A DNA stretch of 53,551 bases from the IMG/VR virus record IMGVR_UViG_2859805564_000008, one strand, 5' to 3'. A program made the translations under genes and the position numbers. This DNA is from a virus (taxonomy: Duplodnaviria > Heunggongvirae > Uroviricota > Caudoviricetes). Positions 1-9,775 of this stretch are shown piece by piece; position 1 is the first letter of the stretch; every line of letters starts with the position of its first letter. The notes below the pieces were generated by a model. That model was not told where the DNA came from, ran no database searches, and saw nothing but the letters and a program-made list of their open reading frames with translations.

Positions 1-1254
1 ATGCTGGAACAAATGGGCATTGCTGCGAAGCAAGCCTCGTATAAATTAGCGCAACTCTCCAGCCGCGAAAAAAATCGCGTGCTGGAAAAAATCGCCGATG
101 AACTGGAAGCACAAAGCGAAATCATCCTCAACGCTAACGCCCAGGATGTTGCTGACGCGCGAGCCAATGGCCTTAGCGAAGCGATGCTTGACCGTCTGGC
201 ACTGACGCCCGCACGGCTGAAAGGCATTGCCGACGATGTACGTCAGGTGTGCAACCTCGCCGATCCGGTGGGGCAGGTAATCGATGGCGGCGTACTGGAC
301 AGCGGCCTGCGTCTTGAGCGTCGTCGCGTACCGCTGGGGGTTATTGGCGTGATTTATGAAGCGCGCCCGAACGTGACGGTTGATGTCGCTTCGCTGTGCC
401 TGAAAACCGGTAATGCGGTGATCCTGCGCGGTGGCAAAGAAACGTGTCGCACTAACGCTGCAACGGTGGCGGTGATTCAGGACGCCCTGAAATCCTGCGG
501 CTTACCGGCGGGTGCCGTGCAGGCGATTGATAATCCTGACCGTGCGCTGGTCAGTGAAATGCTGCGTATGGATAAATACATCGACATGCTGATCCCGCGT
601 GGTGGCGCTGGTTTGCATAAACTGTGCCGTGAACAGTCGACAATCCCGGTGATCACAGGTGGTATAGGCGTATGCCATATTTACGTTGATGAAAGTGTAG
701 AGATCGCTGAAGCATTAAAAGTGATCGTCAACGCGAAAACTCAGCGTCCGAGCACATGTAATACGGTTGAAACGTTGCTGGTGAATAAAAACATCGCCGA
801 TAGCTTCCTGCCCGCATTAAGCAAACAAATGGCGGAAAGCGGCGTGACATTACACGCAGATGCAGCTGCACTGGCGCAGTTGCAGGCAGGCCCTGCGAAG
901 GTGGTTGCTGTTAAAGCCGAAGAGTATGACGATGAGTTTCTGTCATTAGATTTGAACGTCAAAATCGTCAGCGATCTTGACGATGCCATCGCCCATATTC
1001 GTGAACACGGCACACAACACTCCGATGCGATCCTGACCCGCGATATGCGCAACGCCCAGCGTTTTGTTAACGAAGTGGATTCGTCCGCTGTTTACGTTAA
1101 CGCCTCTACGCGTTTTACCGACGGCGGCCAGTTTGGTCTGGGTGCGGAAGTGGCGGTAAGCACACAAAAACTCCACGCGCGTGGCCCAATGGGGCTGGAA
1201 GCACTGACCACTTACAAGTGGATCGGCATTGGTGATTACACCATTCGTGCGTAA
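1..1254 (+). CDS. proA: gamma-glutamyl phosphate reductase
   Basis: 417-aa ORF starting at nt 1; translation recognised as full-length enterobacterial ProA. Confidence 0.95.
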
Positions 1255-1368
1255 ATAAAACCGGGTGATGCAAAAGTAGCCATTTGATTCATAAGGCCAT
1301 TGACGCATCGCCCGGTTAGTTTTAACCTTGTCCACCGTGATTCACGTTCGTGAACATGTCCTTTCAGG

Positions 1369-1444
1369 GCCGATATAGCTCAGTTGGTAGAGCAGCGCAT
1401 TCGTAATGCGAAGGTCGTAGGTTCGACTCCTATTATCGGCACCA
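1369..1444 (+). tRNA. thrW: tRNA-Thr (anticodon CGU)
   Basis: 76-nt cloverleaf GCCGATATAGCTCAGTTGGTAGAGCAGCGCATTCGTAATGCGAAGGTCGTAGGTTCGACTCCTATTATCGGCACCA with CGT anticodon and CCA end, directly downstream of proA. Confidence 0.9.
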
Positions 1445-1448
1445 TTAA
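1399..1448. repeat. attL core (50-bp direct repeat, 3' part of thrW)
   Basis: ATTCGTAATGCGAAGGTCGTAGGTTCGACTCCTATTATCGGCACCATTAA occurs here and again at ~46889-46938. Confidence 0.85.
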
Positions 1449-1458
1449 AATCAATAAG

Positions 1459-2622
1459 TTACACATCATTAGTACCTTCCTTATTTTTTGACTGGGACAA
1501 ATTTGGGACCGATGGGTTCAGGATCGAGTCTATTTGCCGTGCGTGTTCGGTAAGGTGATTAGGTGCAAGGTGAGCATATCGACGAACCATTTCGATAGAC
1601 TCCCAGCCTCCCATTTCCTGTAACACTGACAACGGGACTCCGGCTTGAACCAGCCAACTTGCCCAGGTGTGTCTCAAGTCGTGAAATCTGAAATCATCAA
1701 TACCAGCCCGTCTCAGCGCCGCTTTCCAGGCTGTGTTTGCGTCATACCGCATCTTCCTTACTGTTGGCGCTTTCGTTCCGTCTGGTTTGGTACAGCTTTC
1801 CTTGTACACAAATACCCAACGGTGATGATTCCCGATTTGTTTTTTCAAAACGCGACATGCAGTATCATTCAGCGCAACGCCAATTGCGCGGTTTGATTTA
1901 CTCTCTTCCGGGTTTATCCATGCCACCCGGCGCTGCATGTCTATTTGTTGCCATTCAAGGTTGATGATGTTCGAGCGTCTTAAGCCTGTTGCCAGTGCAA
2001 ATTCAACAACAGACTTTAATGGCTCCGGACATTCATCAATCAGCCTTTGTGCTTCATGGGGCTCCAGCCAGCGGATCCGTTTATTCTTTGGTTGAGGCAC
2101 TTTAATAATTGGTGCCTTATCCAGCATTTTCCATTCACGCTCTGCGGCTCTTAGTAGGGCCTTTATAAATGAAAGATGCGTAGCCTTCGTTGCAACGGAC
2201 GCTGGTTTTGGCGTGTATTCTGGAACAGGTTTCCCTTTTTTTCTGCATGCTTCTGCCCTGAGTCTCCAGTTTTCCTCATGACGCCGGTTCGTCATTTTCT
2301 GCATTGCTGAATAAATTTTTGATTCAGTAATGTCTCTTAGTTGCATTCCTGCGAAATGTTGAAGCCAGAATCCGATCCGGCTTTTGTCATCGTCCAGTGA
2401 TTTTTTATGTGCTTTCTCTTCAAGCCACCTGACACACGCTTCCTCGAACGTTATATCAGGTATTTCACCAAGTTTGCTGACCCGCCATGCTTCAGCCTTT
2501 AGCTTGTCATGGAGTTCTGTCGCCTGCCTTTTGTCCTTTGTTCCAAGAGACTGTTTAAATCTTTTACCGTTCGGCAATGTGAAACTGGCGTACCATATTT
2601 CACCTCTGCGGAAGAGTGACAT
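1459..2622 (-). CDS. int: tyrosine integrase (P22 Int-like)
   Basis: 387-aa ORF; N-terminus [14 protein letters not shown] and C-terminal RHTWASW...VRRYAHL catalytic region typical of P22-type integrases that target thrW. Confidence 0.9.
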   Translation of the reverse strand: MSLFRRGEIWYASFTLPNGKRFKQSLGTKDKRQATELHDKLKAEAWRVSKLGEIPDITFEEACVRWLEEKAHKKSLDDDKSRIGFWLQHFAGMQLRDITESKIYSAMQKMTNRRHEENWRLRAEACRKKGKPVPEYTPKPASVATKATHLSFIKALLRAAEREWKMLDKAPIIKVPQPKNKRIRWLEPHEAQRLIDECPEPLKSVVEFALATGLRRSNIINLEWQQIDMQRRVAWINPEESKSNRAIGVALNDTACRVLKKQIGNHHRWVFVYKESCTKPDGTKAPTVRKMRYDANTAWKAALRRAGIDDFRFHDLRHTWASWLVQAGVPLSVLQEMGGWESIEMVRRYAHLAPNHLTEHARQIDSILNPSVPNLSQSKNKEGTNDV

Positions 2623-2849
2623 TTTCTTTCCTCTGTTATGCCATCACCCGCGCTCACCTGGACAGTATGCAGCGGAGACTGAAGAGCCGCAATGCAGGCT
2701 TGTCGTGTTGTGAGGTAAGGAGATTTATTCTTAGTGGGATCTTTGCGTGTTGCCTGAAGACGCCCTGTGCGTATCCAGTTAATGGCAGTCGGTCTGGATA
2801 TCTTGAGAAAATGACAGGCCTCATCGAGTGTGAGGCTGTATGGCTCCAT
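2499..2849 (-). CDS. xis: excisionase / recombination directionality factor (P22 Xis-like)
   Basis: Internal Met start [33 protein letters not shown] (HTH), immediately upstream of and overlapping int. Confidence 0.75.
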   Translation of the reverse strand: MEPYSLTLDEACHFLKISRPTAINWIRTGRLQATRKDPTKNKSPYLTTRQACIAALQSPLHTVQVSAGDGITEERKCHSSAEVKYGTPVSHCRTVKDLNSLLEQRTKGRRQNSMTS

Positions 2850-3154
2850 TATTTCACCTCTTGCTGTGACATTGTTGAAAAATGGATACCAGCTCGTTGC
2901 TGCCAGACGATCCAACCGAGAGTCATATCCCATGCCATGTATTCGTTATCGCCGTTTTTTGCTCTCCGACGATCTACTAAGTCACCGAAACGCTTTTCCA
3001 TGAATAATTCATAAGCTTCGCGTTCATCTGGTTCTACTTCCAGAGATAGGAGTGCGATTTCATAAGCACGGCGCTCAATATCGTCTCGCACGTCAAGGCT
3101 GCTGATACGCTCTTTAATTTCTTTAATCAGTTCTTTGTCGGTAAAAGTGGTCAT
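2849..3154 (-). CDS. early-left prophage protein (YfdT-like, 101 aa)
   Basis: 101-aa ORF, stop overlaps xis start (TAATG); same size and position as KplE1 YfdT. Confidence 0.5.
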   Translation of the reverse strand: MTTFTDKELIKEIKERISSLDVRDDIERRAYEIALLSLEVEPDEREAYELFMEKRFGDLVDRRRAKNGDNEYMAWDMTLGWIVWQQRAGIHFSTMSQQEVK

Positions 3155-3516
3155 TATGCTCCAGCCTCCGGTGCTTTTGGCATTACTGCCCAGTGAGTGA
3201 TATTGACGTTTTCAAGGTCCCCAACCTGAAATGTCCACTGCCATTCTCCGGTTTCTTTTTGTCCCCAGGTGTACCAGAGAGAACGCCAACCAATTAGCCA
3301 GCCTTCTCCGTTAGCATCGAATAACAAAACACTTTCATTTGCTGGTGGCAGTTCAGTTGACACTGGTATTACTTTGTTTTCCTGTGCTGCACATTTAGCT
3401 TCAAGCGCATCGAATTTACGCACCAGGTATTCAGCATCTGTTTCATTTACTTTCAGATCTCGCGGTACACATCTCCCACGAAGAAACCCTTCCATTTCGA
3501 AAACATTCATGCGCAT
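3154..3516 (-). CDS. early-left prophage protein (YfdS-like, 120 aa)
   Basis: 120-aa Trp-rich ORF, translationally coupled to neighbours. Confidence 0.5.
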   Translation of the reverse strand: MRMNVFEMEGFLRGRCVPRDLKVNETDAEYLVRKFDALEAKCAAQENKVIPVSTELPPANESVLLFDANGEGWLIGWRSLWYTWGQKETGEWQWTFQVGDLENVNITHWAVMPKAPEAGA

Positions 3517-4043
3517 TTGCGTAACTCCGATAACTCGTTAAAGCGTTCCATAAACATCCCGTAGGCATGGCCCGGTGCCAGTGGAATCACGTTGAACATC
3601 TCTGTTGCCGGGATACCTTCCAGTACAGGCCAGAAAGAGCCATCATCAAGCCCGAGATCGCGGCGTTCGGTTGCCAGCATGATGAGATCGGCATATTTCA
3701 CGGGCGTACTCATAACTGGGGGTAACCCGTATTTCTCACGGATTACGGCGTCTATTTTTTCTTCCATTTGTTTATAGTCAGGAAGAAGGCGTTTCAGTGG
3801 TGCGGGAATGTCCTGGCAATACGCTTCTGTTGCATCATGCATTAACGCTTCAAAAGCAAATTCCTGCGGCACCAACTGGCTGCAAAGAACCGCATGTTGG
3901 GCGACGCTGTAGAAGTGCGAAAGATGACCGGCAAAGCGACAGATATTTGAAAGGGAAACCGCGATATCGTTAATATCGATGTCGTCTTTATTTATCCTGT
4001 CATAATAAAAATGCTTCCCGGAAAAAGTTTTAATAAATGACAT
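3507..4043 (-). CDS. HD-domain phosphohydrolase (YfdR-like 5'-deoxynucleotidase)
   Basis: H...HD motifs (AQHAVL...MHDATEAY); internal Met MSFIKTFSGKHFYY gives 178 aa; track ORF extends to 4070. Confidence 0.7.
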   Translation of the reverse strand: MSFIKTFSGKHFYYDRINKDDIDINDIAVSLSNICRFAGHLSHFYSVAQHAVLCSQLVPQEFAFEALMHDATEAYCQDIPAPLKRLLPDYKQMEEKIDAVIREKYGLPPVMSTPVKYADLIMLATERRDLGLDDGSFWPVLEGIPATEMFNVIPLAPGHAYGMFMERFNELSELRKCA

Positions 4044-4170
4044 TTTGTTCTCCACGTATATGCGCTGCACCGCGCTGAATTTTGGTTAAAGAAAACCCTC
4101 GCCATCAGGCGATTATTGAGTTAATTACGTTTCTATAAATGCCCCCGCAGGGGCATTTGCAGTAATGAAA

Positions 4171-4995
4171 TCAGGCGGTGAAAGTACCAATAAAGGTTTC
4201 TACTTTGCTGTCTTTGAATTTTTCAACAAGCAGATTACGAAATTCGTTAGCCATTTCTTCCTGTACTGCTTCCAGCTGAATAATGCGCAGAACCAGTACA
4301 GGGCGATCACCAGTGATAATGCTGAGGCGTAATTTAAACGGACGTTCTTTCAGGCCTTCAAACGGAACGCATTTAAACTCAAATGCTACTGGCATAATGT
4401 CTTTAGTTTTCGCTTCGACAGACTCCATCAGAGAGCGTTTGCCGCTGAAGTCATTGTCTTCAAAATCAGCGGTCTGGTTTGCTTCAATCGTGATTTTACG
4501 GACCGCCGCAGCCGCTTTTGTTGCCTGAATGGCGTCACCATTAGCATCAAAGCCCACAAGGTAGTCGGCCCAGTCTTCAATCCATTCTGCCAGTGACTTC
4601 TGGGAGTTACGCTCGCCGTTAACAGACAACAGGGCAGAGAACGGTGCTGTCTTTTTCAGTTTGAGAGTGGCGGTGTTATCTGCGTGACCTGGTTCATCAA
4701 TAGTACCCAGGTTAAGCACACTGACGGCTCGCATATTATCAGCATCGATAAAGCAGCGGGTGCCTTCATCTGCAAGATCTTTAGAATAACGGGTAAAGTC
4801 ATCGATGCTGGCAGTGGAAAGCGCACCACGGAAACGGAAGCGATTTAAATTAAATTTTTCCAGATCATGAATGCGGAAATTCTCAGGCAATGCCACAGCA
4901 TCGGCACCAATCTTACTGATAATTTCATTAACACCCTGAGCAGAAATAAGGGCATGGATTTGATTAATTTCGGTTGCGTCTAAGTTCTGAGACAT
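4171..4995 (-). CDS. DUF2303-type prophage protein (YfdQ-like, 274 aa)
   Basis: 274-aa ORF in the position and size of KplE1 YfdQ. Confidence 0.6.
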   Translation of the reverse strand: MSQNLDATEINQIHALISAQGVNEIISKIGADAVALPENFRIHDLEKFNLNRFRFRGALSTASIDDFTRYSKDLADEGTRCFIDADNMRAVSVLNLGTIDEPGHADNTATLKLKKTAPFSALLSVNGERNSQKSLAEWIEDWADYLVGFDANGDAIQATKAAAAVRKITIEANQTADFEDNDFSGKRSLMESVEAKTKDIMPVAFEFKCVPFEGLKERPFKLRLSIITGDRPVLVLRIIQLEAVQEEMANEFRNLLVEKFKDSKVETFIGTFTA

Positions 4996-5060
4996 AATAA
5001 GTCCTCACTATATAAAGATATTCAGTGATGAGATAAATAATCAGTTAATTAAGAACGATA

Positions 5061-5423
5061 TTAATGACCTGCTGCGCGGAGTTTTCCGTCAGGTTCACCG
5101 GCAAGAGTCAGTAATTGTCCCTGGTCTTCCTGCAGAATAGTCAGGCGACCACCGCGATTGACATACATCGGTGTTTCGGTGGTGTCTTCTTCGGAAATTT
5201 TCCCGCGGTTAGTCGGGCGAACATATGAGAGTTTGTGTTTGATTTTCACACGGTTCTCATCAAATGGTTCGATTTCCAGGTTGAGCGAGACCTTACCTTT
5301 GGTTTTCGTGTTCATCACACCGGAAGCGACTTCACTGAGAACTGCGCCGATTTTGGTTTCAAATACGCCGCCGTCCAGCTCCCCGATAAATGCCTGCACA
5401 TCAGTACTGCGTTCGCTAGCCAT
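5061..5423 (-). CDS. early-left prophage protein (YfdP-like, 120 aa)
   Basis: Track ORF 5061-5609; likely start at MASERSTDV preceded by GAGGAG; the upstream extension looks non-coding. Confidence 0.5.
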   Translation of the reverse strand: MASERSTDVQAFIGELDGGVFETKIGAVLSEVASGVMNTKTKGKVSLNLEIEPFDENRVKIKHKLSYVRPTNRGKISEEDTTETPMYVNRGGRLTILQEDQGQLLTLAGEPDGKLRAAGH

Positions 5424-6039
5424 TTTGCTGCTCCTCATCATATCGACCCTGCAAGGTCGGTTAGTTTCTCCACAAAACAGAGAAGAACACCTGCGGTGGC
5501 AGCCGCCCGGATGGATTGGGTTATGAGCCCGTCGTCCGGTGATGCTCTTCTCTGTTTTGTAAAAAGAGCGGTACCAGCCGGAAGCAAGTGTACAAACTGG
5601 TACCGCCAAAGCAGTGGCTGTTGTGGTGACCGGTGCTGATCTCCGGCTTGCGGTTATTTCAGACTCTCACGGGCGTTTAATTGCCCCGCCGAACAGCTCT
5701 TTTCCGCAATAGCTGCAATGTCTTTCGCGCATCAGTCTGCGCATTCACCACAACGCTGAGAGCACTTAGCCAGTTACGGCACCACACTTTGTCGCGGTTC
5801 CATAAATGCCCTCATCGTTGCACCCTGGTCTCTTCCCAGGCGTCAAACCGAATCGCCACGCTGGTTAGGCGTCTTATCAGCATCATCATTGACTTGCACA
5901 TTCCGGCTACCTGGTTTGTTTGCTCGAGCAAGGAGTGGATTGTCCCCTTTAACGTCACCAGACCGCTAACGACGCATGTGCCATACGCCGTGTTACAACC
6001 AAATTTTGTTTTAATCTTGCCTGTGTTATGTTTCTTTTA

Positions 6040-6072
6040 GATACATTATGTATCTCATGGGTACATTGTCAA
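6040..6072 (-). promoter_or_regulatory. candidate pL-like leftward promoter with overlapping 15-bp dyad operator
   Basis: Minus-strand TTGACA, ~17-18 bp spacer, TAATGT; dyad GATACAT-T-ATGTATC overlaps the -10 region. Confidence 0.35.
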
Positions 6073-6074
6073 GT

Positions 6075-6099
6075 ATAAAAAAACCTGCCGAAGCAGGTT
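6075..6099 (-). terminator. intrinsic terminator downstream of the repressor gene
   Basis: Hairpin AACCTGC-CGAA-GCAGGTT followed by a U7 run on the minus strand. Confidence 0.6.
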
Positions 6100-6111
6100 C
6101 ATAAATATTGA

Positions 6112-6786
6112 TTAGGCCTTTATTGTGTATCTTCTTGGTTTTCCCGAGAAAATCACTGTACCAATTATAGAGCAATTACCGTTAATCTTAATGTAAGGCT
6201 CAGGCCAGTTTGGGTTTAATGCTTTGAGATAACGCTGTGTTCCATCTTCTATCAATCGCTTGAAGGTGGTTTCGCCTGTATCGTGCATCAATGCAATAAC
6301 GTCGTCACCGTGGCAGGCAGGGACTTCGGGATCAACAAAAATCATGTCTCCAGGGCGGTACTCATCAATCATTGAATCACCAATCACCCGCAAGATATAA
6401 GTCATTTCGCCACAGGGTACAGGGCAGGGATACGTTTCTGCTGTGCTCAAATCAACCTCAGAATAGCCAACTTCTTTCCATGCTCCGGCCTGTACCCATG
6501 ATATGACAGGGACTAACGTTATTTGTTTGTTAGTGATTGAAACATCAGGTTTTTTTGTGATGTTCGTTGTCTGGTGTTCTTGATCAAGCCATCCGACAGG
6601 CAGGTCGAAACATTTTTCGATGTGCCGTGCCATGCTGTCACCGATATTTTTAGTAGCGCCATCCCCCATAAACCTGCTGGTTTGGGTTGGCTCGCGATCA
6701 ATCATGGTGGCAAAGGATGAATTTCCGCCAACACCATCTCTCAGTTTTCTGGCGTTAGACCGCCGGATGTCATGGATTGTTTTCAT
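6112..6786 (-). CDS. cI: CI-type prophage repressor (HTH plus S24 LexA-like peptidase domain)
   Basis: 224 aa; C-terminal GDSM...PGD...KR autocleavage-domain pattern; divergent from cro. Confidence 0.8.
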   Translation of the reverse strand: MKTIHDIRRSNARKLRDGVGGNSSFATMIDREPTQTSRFMGDGATKNIGDSMARHIEKCFDLPVGWLDQEHQTTNITKKPDVSITNKQITLVPVISWVQAGAWKEVGYSEVDLSTAETYPCPVPCGEMTYILRVIGDSMIDEYRPGDMIFVDPEVPACHGDDVIALMHDTGETTFKRLIEDGTQRYLKALNPNWPEPYIKINGNCSIIGTVIFSGKPRRYTIKA

Positions 6787-6803
6787 AACGAAATTAAAAC
6801 CTT

Positions 6804-6820
6804 TGTACCGATAAGGTACA
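6804..6820. promoter_or_regulatory. operator-like dyad in the cI-cro intergenic region
   Basis: TGTACC-GATAA-GGTACA inverted repeat between the divergent repressor and cro genes. Confidence 0.45.
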
Positions 6821-6876
6821 AGTATCTTGAAGGTTCATTTCAATCATGTAATATGTATACCGGAGGTACATATTGT

Positions 6877-7077
6877 ATGAAAGCGTATTGGGACTCTTTA
6901 ACCAAAGAACAGCAGGGCGAGTTGGCCGGAAAAGTTGGCTCAACACCTGGCTACTTACGGCTGGTTTTCAATGGTTATAAAAAAGCCAGTTTTGTGCTGG
7001 CTAAAAAACTTGAGCAATGCACGTCAGGTGCAATTACGAAATCTGACTTAAGACCGGATATCTATCCGAAAGATTAA
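6877..7077 (+). CDS. cro: Cro-like HTH regulator
   Basis: 66-aa ORF MKAYWDSLTKEQQGELAGKVG... with GGAGG 9 nt upstream; track ORF begins earlier at 6772. Confidence 0.7.
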   Translation: MKAYWDSLTKEQQGELAGKVGSTPGYLRLVFNGYKKASFVLAKKLEQCTSGAITKSDLRPDIYPKD

Positions 7078-7108
7078 CAGAACACCTTCAATTTTTAACC
7101 ACAGAACG

Positions 7109-7672
7109 ATGAGGCTAACCGTGGGTAAGTATCACTGGAAAGTAGAAAAACAGCCTGAGTGGTACGTGAAAGCTGTCAGAAAAACTATCGCAGCGTTGCC
7201 GGGTGGTTACGCTGAAGCAGCTGACTGGCTGGATGTAACAGAGAACGCATTATTTAACCGCCTTCGTGCCTATGGCGATCAGATTTTCCCGCTGGGATGG
7301 GCAATGGTTTTACAGCGCGCGGCTGGCACTCACTACATTGCGGATGCTGTCGCACAGTCTGCTGGTGGGGTGTTCGTATCGCTTCCTGAAATTGAGGAAG
7401 TAGAGAACGCCGATATAAACCAGCGCCTGCTGGAAGTCATTGAACAGATCGGCAGTTATTCAAAACAGATTCGTTCAGCAATTGAAGACGGTGTAGTGGA
7501 ACCGAATGAGAAGACAGCAATTAACGACGAGCTGTACCTCTCAATTTCGAAGCTGCAGGAGCATGCAGCACTGGTCTACAAAATTTTTTGCATTTCAGAA
7601 AGTAATGACGCCCGCGAGTGTGCAGCTCCGGGCGCCGTGGCGTGTCGTGACTGTGGAGAAACTAACGCATGA
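7109..7672 (+). CDS. CII/YdaT-like regulatory protein (putative)
   Basis: 187-aa ORF immediately after cro, the position of CII-type regulators. Confidence 0.4.
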   Translation: MRLTVGKYHWKVEKQPEWYVKAVRKTIAALPGGYAEAADWLDVTENALFNRLRAYGDQIFPLGWAMVLQRAAGTHYIADAVAQSAGGVFVSLPEIEEVENADINQRLLEVIEQIGSYSKQIRSAIEDGVVEPNEKTAINDELYLSISKLQEHAALVYKIFCISESNDARECAAPGAVACRDCGETNA

Positions 7673-8007
7673 ACAGTTTAACAACACACTACCGTCGCTC
7701 GCAACTGATTGCGCTTCCTGTACCGGGTGGAAAAGCGAAGGTGGAGTATTGCTATGCAGTAAATGTACCAGGTGACAGGGAAATTGTAACCCACAGCTTT
7801 GCAGAGTGGGCTGTGGGTGATTTCAACCGGCAGAAGGAGACAGTCCTTTGCGACAAGTTAACCGCTGGTTCAAAGATCACTACGGAGTGCCCGTCAGAGT
7901 CATTCGTTGGGAGCCGGAAACACAACGGGTTATCTACCTCCGCGAAGGCTATGAGCATGAGTGCTTCAGCCCGCTCGAACAGTTTCGTCGTAAATTCAGG
8001 GAAGTAG
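7669..8007 (+). CDS. hypothetical protein, apparently frameshifted
   Basis: N-terminal part looks protein-like; the -1 frame from ~7821 to ~8027 continues with a plausible sequence (...[44 protein letters not shown]...). Confidence 0.3.
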   Translation: MNSLTTHYRRSQLIALPVPGGKAKVEYCYAVNVPGDREIVTHSFAEWAVGDFNRQKETVLCDKLTAGSKITTECPSESFVGSRKHNGLSTSAKAMSMSASARSNSFVVNSGK

Positions 8008-8016
8008 AGGTCGGTC

Positions 8017-8958
8017 ATGAGCACTAAATTAACCGGCTATGTATGGGATGGTTGCGCTGCATCAGGCATGAAATTATCCAGCGTGGCAATTATGGCCCGC
8101 CTGGCTGATTTCAGTAATGACGAAGGTGTGTGCTGGCCATCAATTGAAACCATTGCCCGTCAGATTGGCGCGGGGATGAGTACCGTCAGAACGGCTATCG
8201 CACGGCTGGAAGCAGAAGGCTGGTTAACGCGTAAGGCGCGTCGCCAGGGTAACCGCAATGCGTCGAATGTTTATCAGCTTAACGTTGCGAAGCTTCAGGC
8301 AGCGGCATTTTCTCAACTGTCAGATTCTGACCCGTCAAAATCTGACGCATCAAAATCTGACACGTCAAAATTTGATGCGTCGAAATCTGGCAAAAAAGCG
8401 GGTTTTCACCCGTCAGAATCTGGCGGGGATCCGTCAGTAAAATCAAAACATGATCCGTCAGATAAAAAACCTTCTCGTCCGGACGCTTCGCAACCGGACA
8501 CGCAGACGGCTGAACAGGATTTTTTAACTCGCCATCCTGATGCGGTTGTATTCAGCCCTAAAAAGCGCCAGTGGGGAACGCAGGATGATTTGACCTGCGC
8601 ACAGTGGCTCTGGAAAAAAATCATTGCCCTGTACGAGCAGGCCGCCGAATGTGACGGCGAGGTGGTTCGTCCCAAAGAACCGAACTGGACAGCATGGGCA
8701 AACGAAATTCGCCTGATGTGTGTGCAGGATGGTCGTACTCACAAACAAATCTGCGAGATGTACAGCCGCGTCAGCCGCGAGCCGTTCTGGTGCCGTAACG
8801 TGCTCAGCCCGTCGAAGTTGCGGGAAAAATGGGATGAGCTTTCCCTGCGCTTATCGCCGTCCGTCAGCACGCACACAGAAAAACGTGAAGACCCGTACTT
8901 CAAAGCCAGTTACGACAACGTGGACTACAGCCAGATCCCGGCAGGATTCAGGGGGTGA
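8017..8958 (+). CDS. replication initiation protein (O-like, winged-helix N-terminus) containing the iteron array
   Basis: 313 aa; N-terminal HTH; in-gene iterons encode the SKSDASKSDTSKFDASKS repeat. Confidence 0.7.
   Translation: MSTKLTGYVWDGCAASGMKLSSVAIMARLADFSNDEGVCWPSIETIARQIGAGMSTVRTAIARLEAEGWLTRKARRQGNRNASNVYQLNVAKLQAAAFSQLSDSDPSKSDASKSDTSKFDASKSGKKAGFHPSESGGDPSVKSKHDPSDKKPSRPDASQPDTQTAEQDFLTRHPDAVVFSPKKRQWGTQDDLTCAQWLWKKIIALYEQAAECDGEVVRPKEPNWTAWANEIRLMCVQDGRTHKQICEMYSRVSREPFWCRNVLSPSKLREKWDELSLRLSPSVSTHTEKREDPYFKASYDNVDYSQIPAGFRG
8320..8470. repeat. iteron array (candidate ori) inside the replication gene
   Basis: At least 6 direct repeats of CCGTCA(A/G)AATCTGAC-like units. Confidence 0.65.
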
Positions 8959-9449
8959 TCATGAGTCTTTTGAATGACGTTCAGAAATTCATTGAAGCCC
9001 ATCCGGGCTGTACTTCCGGAGACATTGCGGATGCTTTTGCAGGTTACTCACGGCAGCGCGTTCTGCAGTCAGCAAGCAAGTTACGTCAGAGTGGGCGTGT
9101 GGCTCACCGTTGTGAAGGAGATACACACAGACATTTCCCGCGCCTGACTGAGAGAGCGCAGGATCCGGAACCACAACCAGTTCGTGAAACCAGACCTGTG
9201 CGCAATTTCTATGTCGGCACTAACGACCCGCGGGTGATTTTGTGCCTGACCCGCCAGGCGGAAGAACTGGAGTCCAGGGGCTTATACCGTCGAGCTGCAA
9301 CGGTGTGGATGGAGGCATTCCGTGAAAGCCACTCCCAGCCAGAACGAAACAATTTTCTGGCGCGTCGTGAGCAGTGTTTACGGAAAAGCAGCAAGCGCGC
9401 TGTATCGGGTGATGAGTGGTATCTGTCAGGGAATTACGTGGGGGCGTAA
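8955..9449 (+). CDS. PerC-like transcriptional regulator domain protein (putative)
   Basis: 164 aa; C-terminal GLYRRAATVWMEAF...RREQCLRK resembles PerC family; overlaps the neighbouring stop/start codons. Confidence 0.4.
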   Translation: MIMSLLNDVQKFIEAHPGCTSGDIADAFAGYSRQRVLQSASKLRQSGRVAHRCEGDTHRHFPRLTERAQDPEPQPVRETRPVRNFYVGTNDPRVILCLTRQAEELESRGLYRRAATVWMEAFRESHSQPERNNFLARREQCLRKSSKRAVSGDEWYLSGNYVGA

Positions 9450-9775
9450 TGACGACGTTAACTCAATGCCAGCAGCAGGTGCTGGATATGCTGATTTCTT
9501 ATCAGAAAGAGCGTGGCTTTCCGCCAACCAATCAGGAGGTGGCAACCATGCTGGGATACCGTTCAGTGAATGCAGCGGTAGAGCATCTTCGCGCACTGGA
9601 GAAAAAAGGCGTCATCACGATAAAGCGTGGCGTGGCCCGGGGGATAACGCTTCATACCGCGGTGAAGGACGACGACAGCGAGGCGGTCGGGATTATCCGC
9701 GCACTGCTTGCCGGTGAGGAAAACGCAAGGCTGCGTGCAACCCACTGGTTACATGAGAGGGGCCTGAAAGTATGA
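9449..9775 (+). CDS. LexA DNA-binding-domain-like protein (no peptidase domain)
   Basis: MTTLTQCQQQVLDMLISYQKERGFPPTNQEVATMLGYRSVNAAVEHLRALEKKGVITI resembles the LexA N-terminal winged helix. Confidence 0.6.
   Translation: MTTLTQCQQQVLDMLISYQKERGFPPTNQEVATMLGYRSVNAAVEHLRALEKKGVITIKRGVARGITLHTAVKDDDSEAVGIIRALLAGEENARLRATHWLHERGLKV

Noticed and set aside
5424-5609. N-terminal extension of ORF 5061-5609
   Set aside because: Cys/Arg-rich, non-protein-like; a good RBS-ATG at 5423 gives a 120-aa protein; extension is probably untranslated leader
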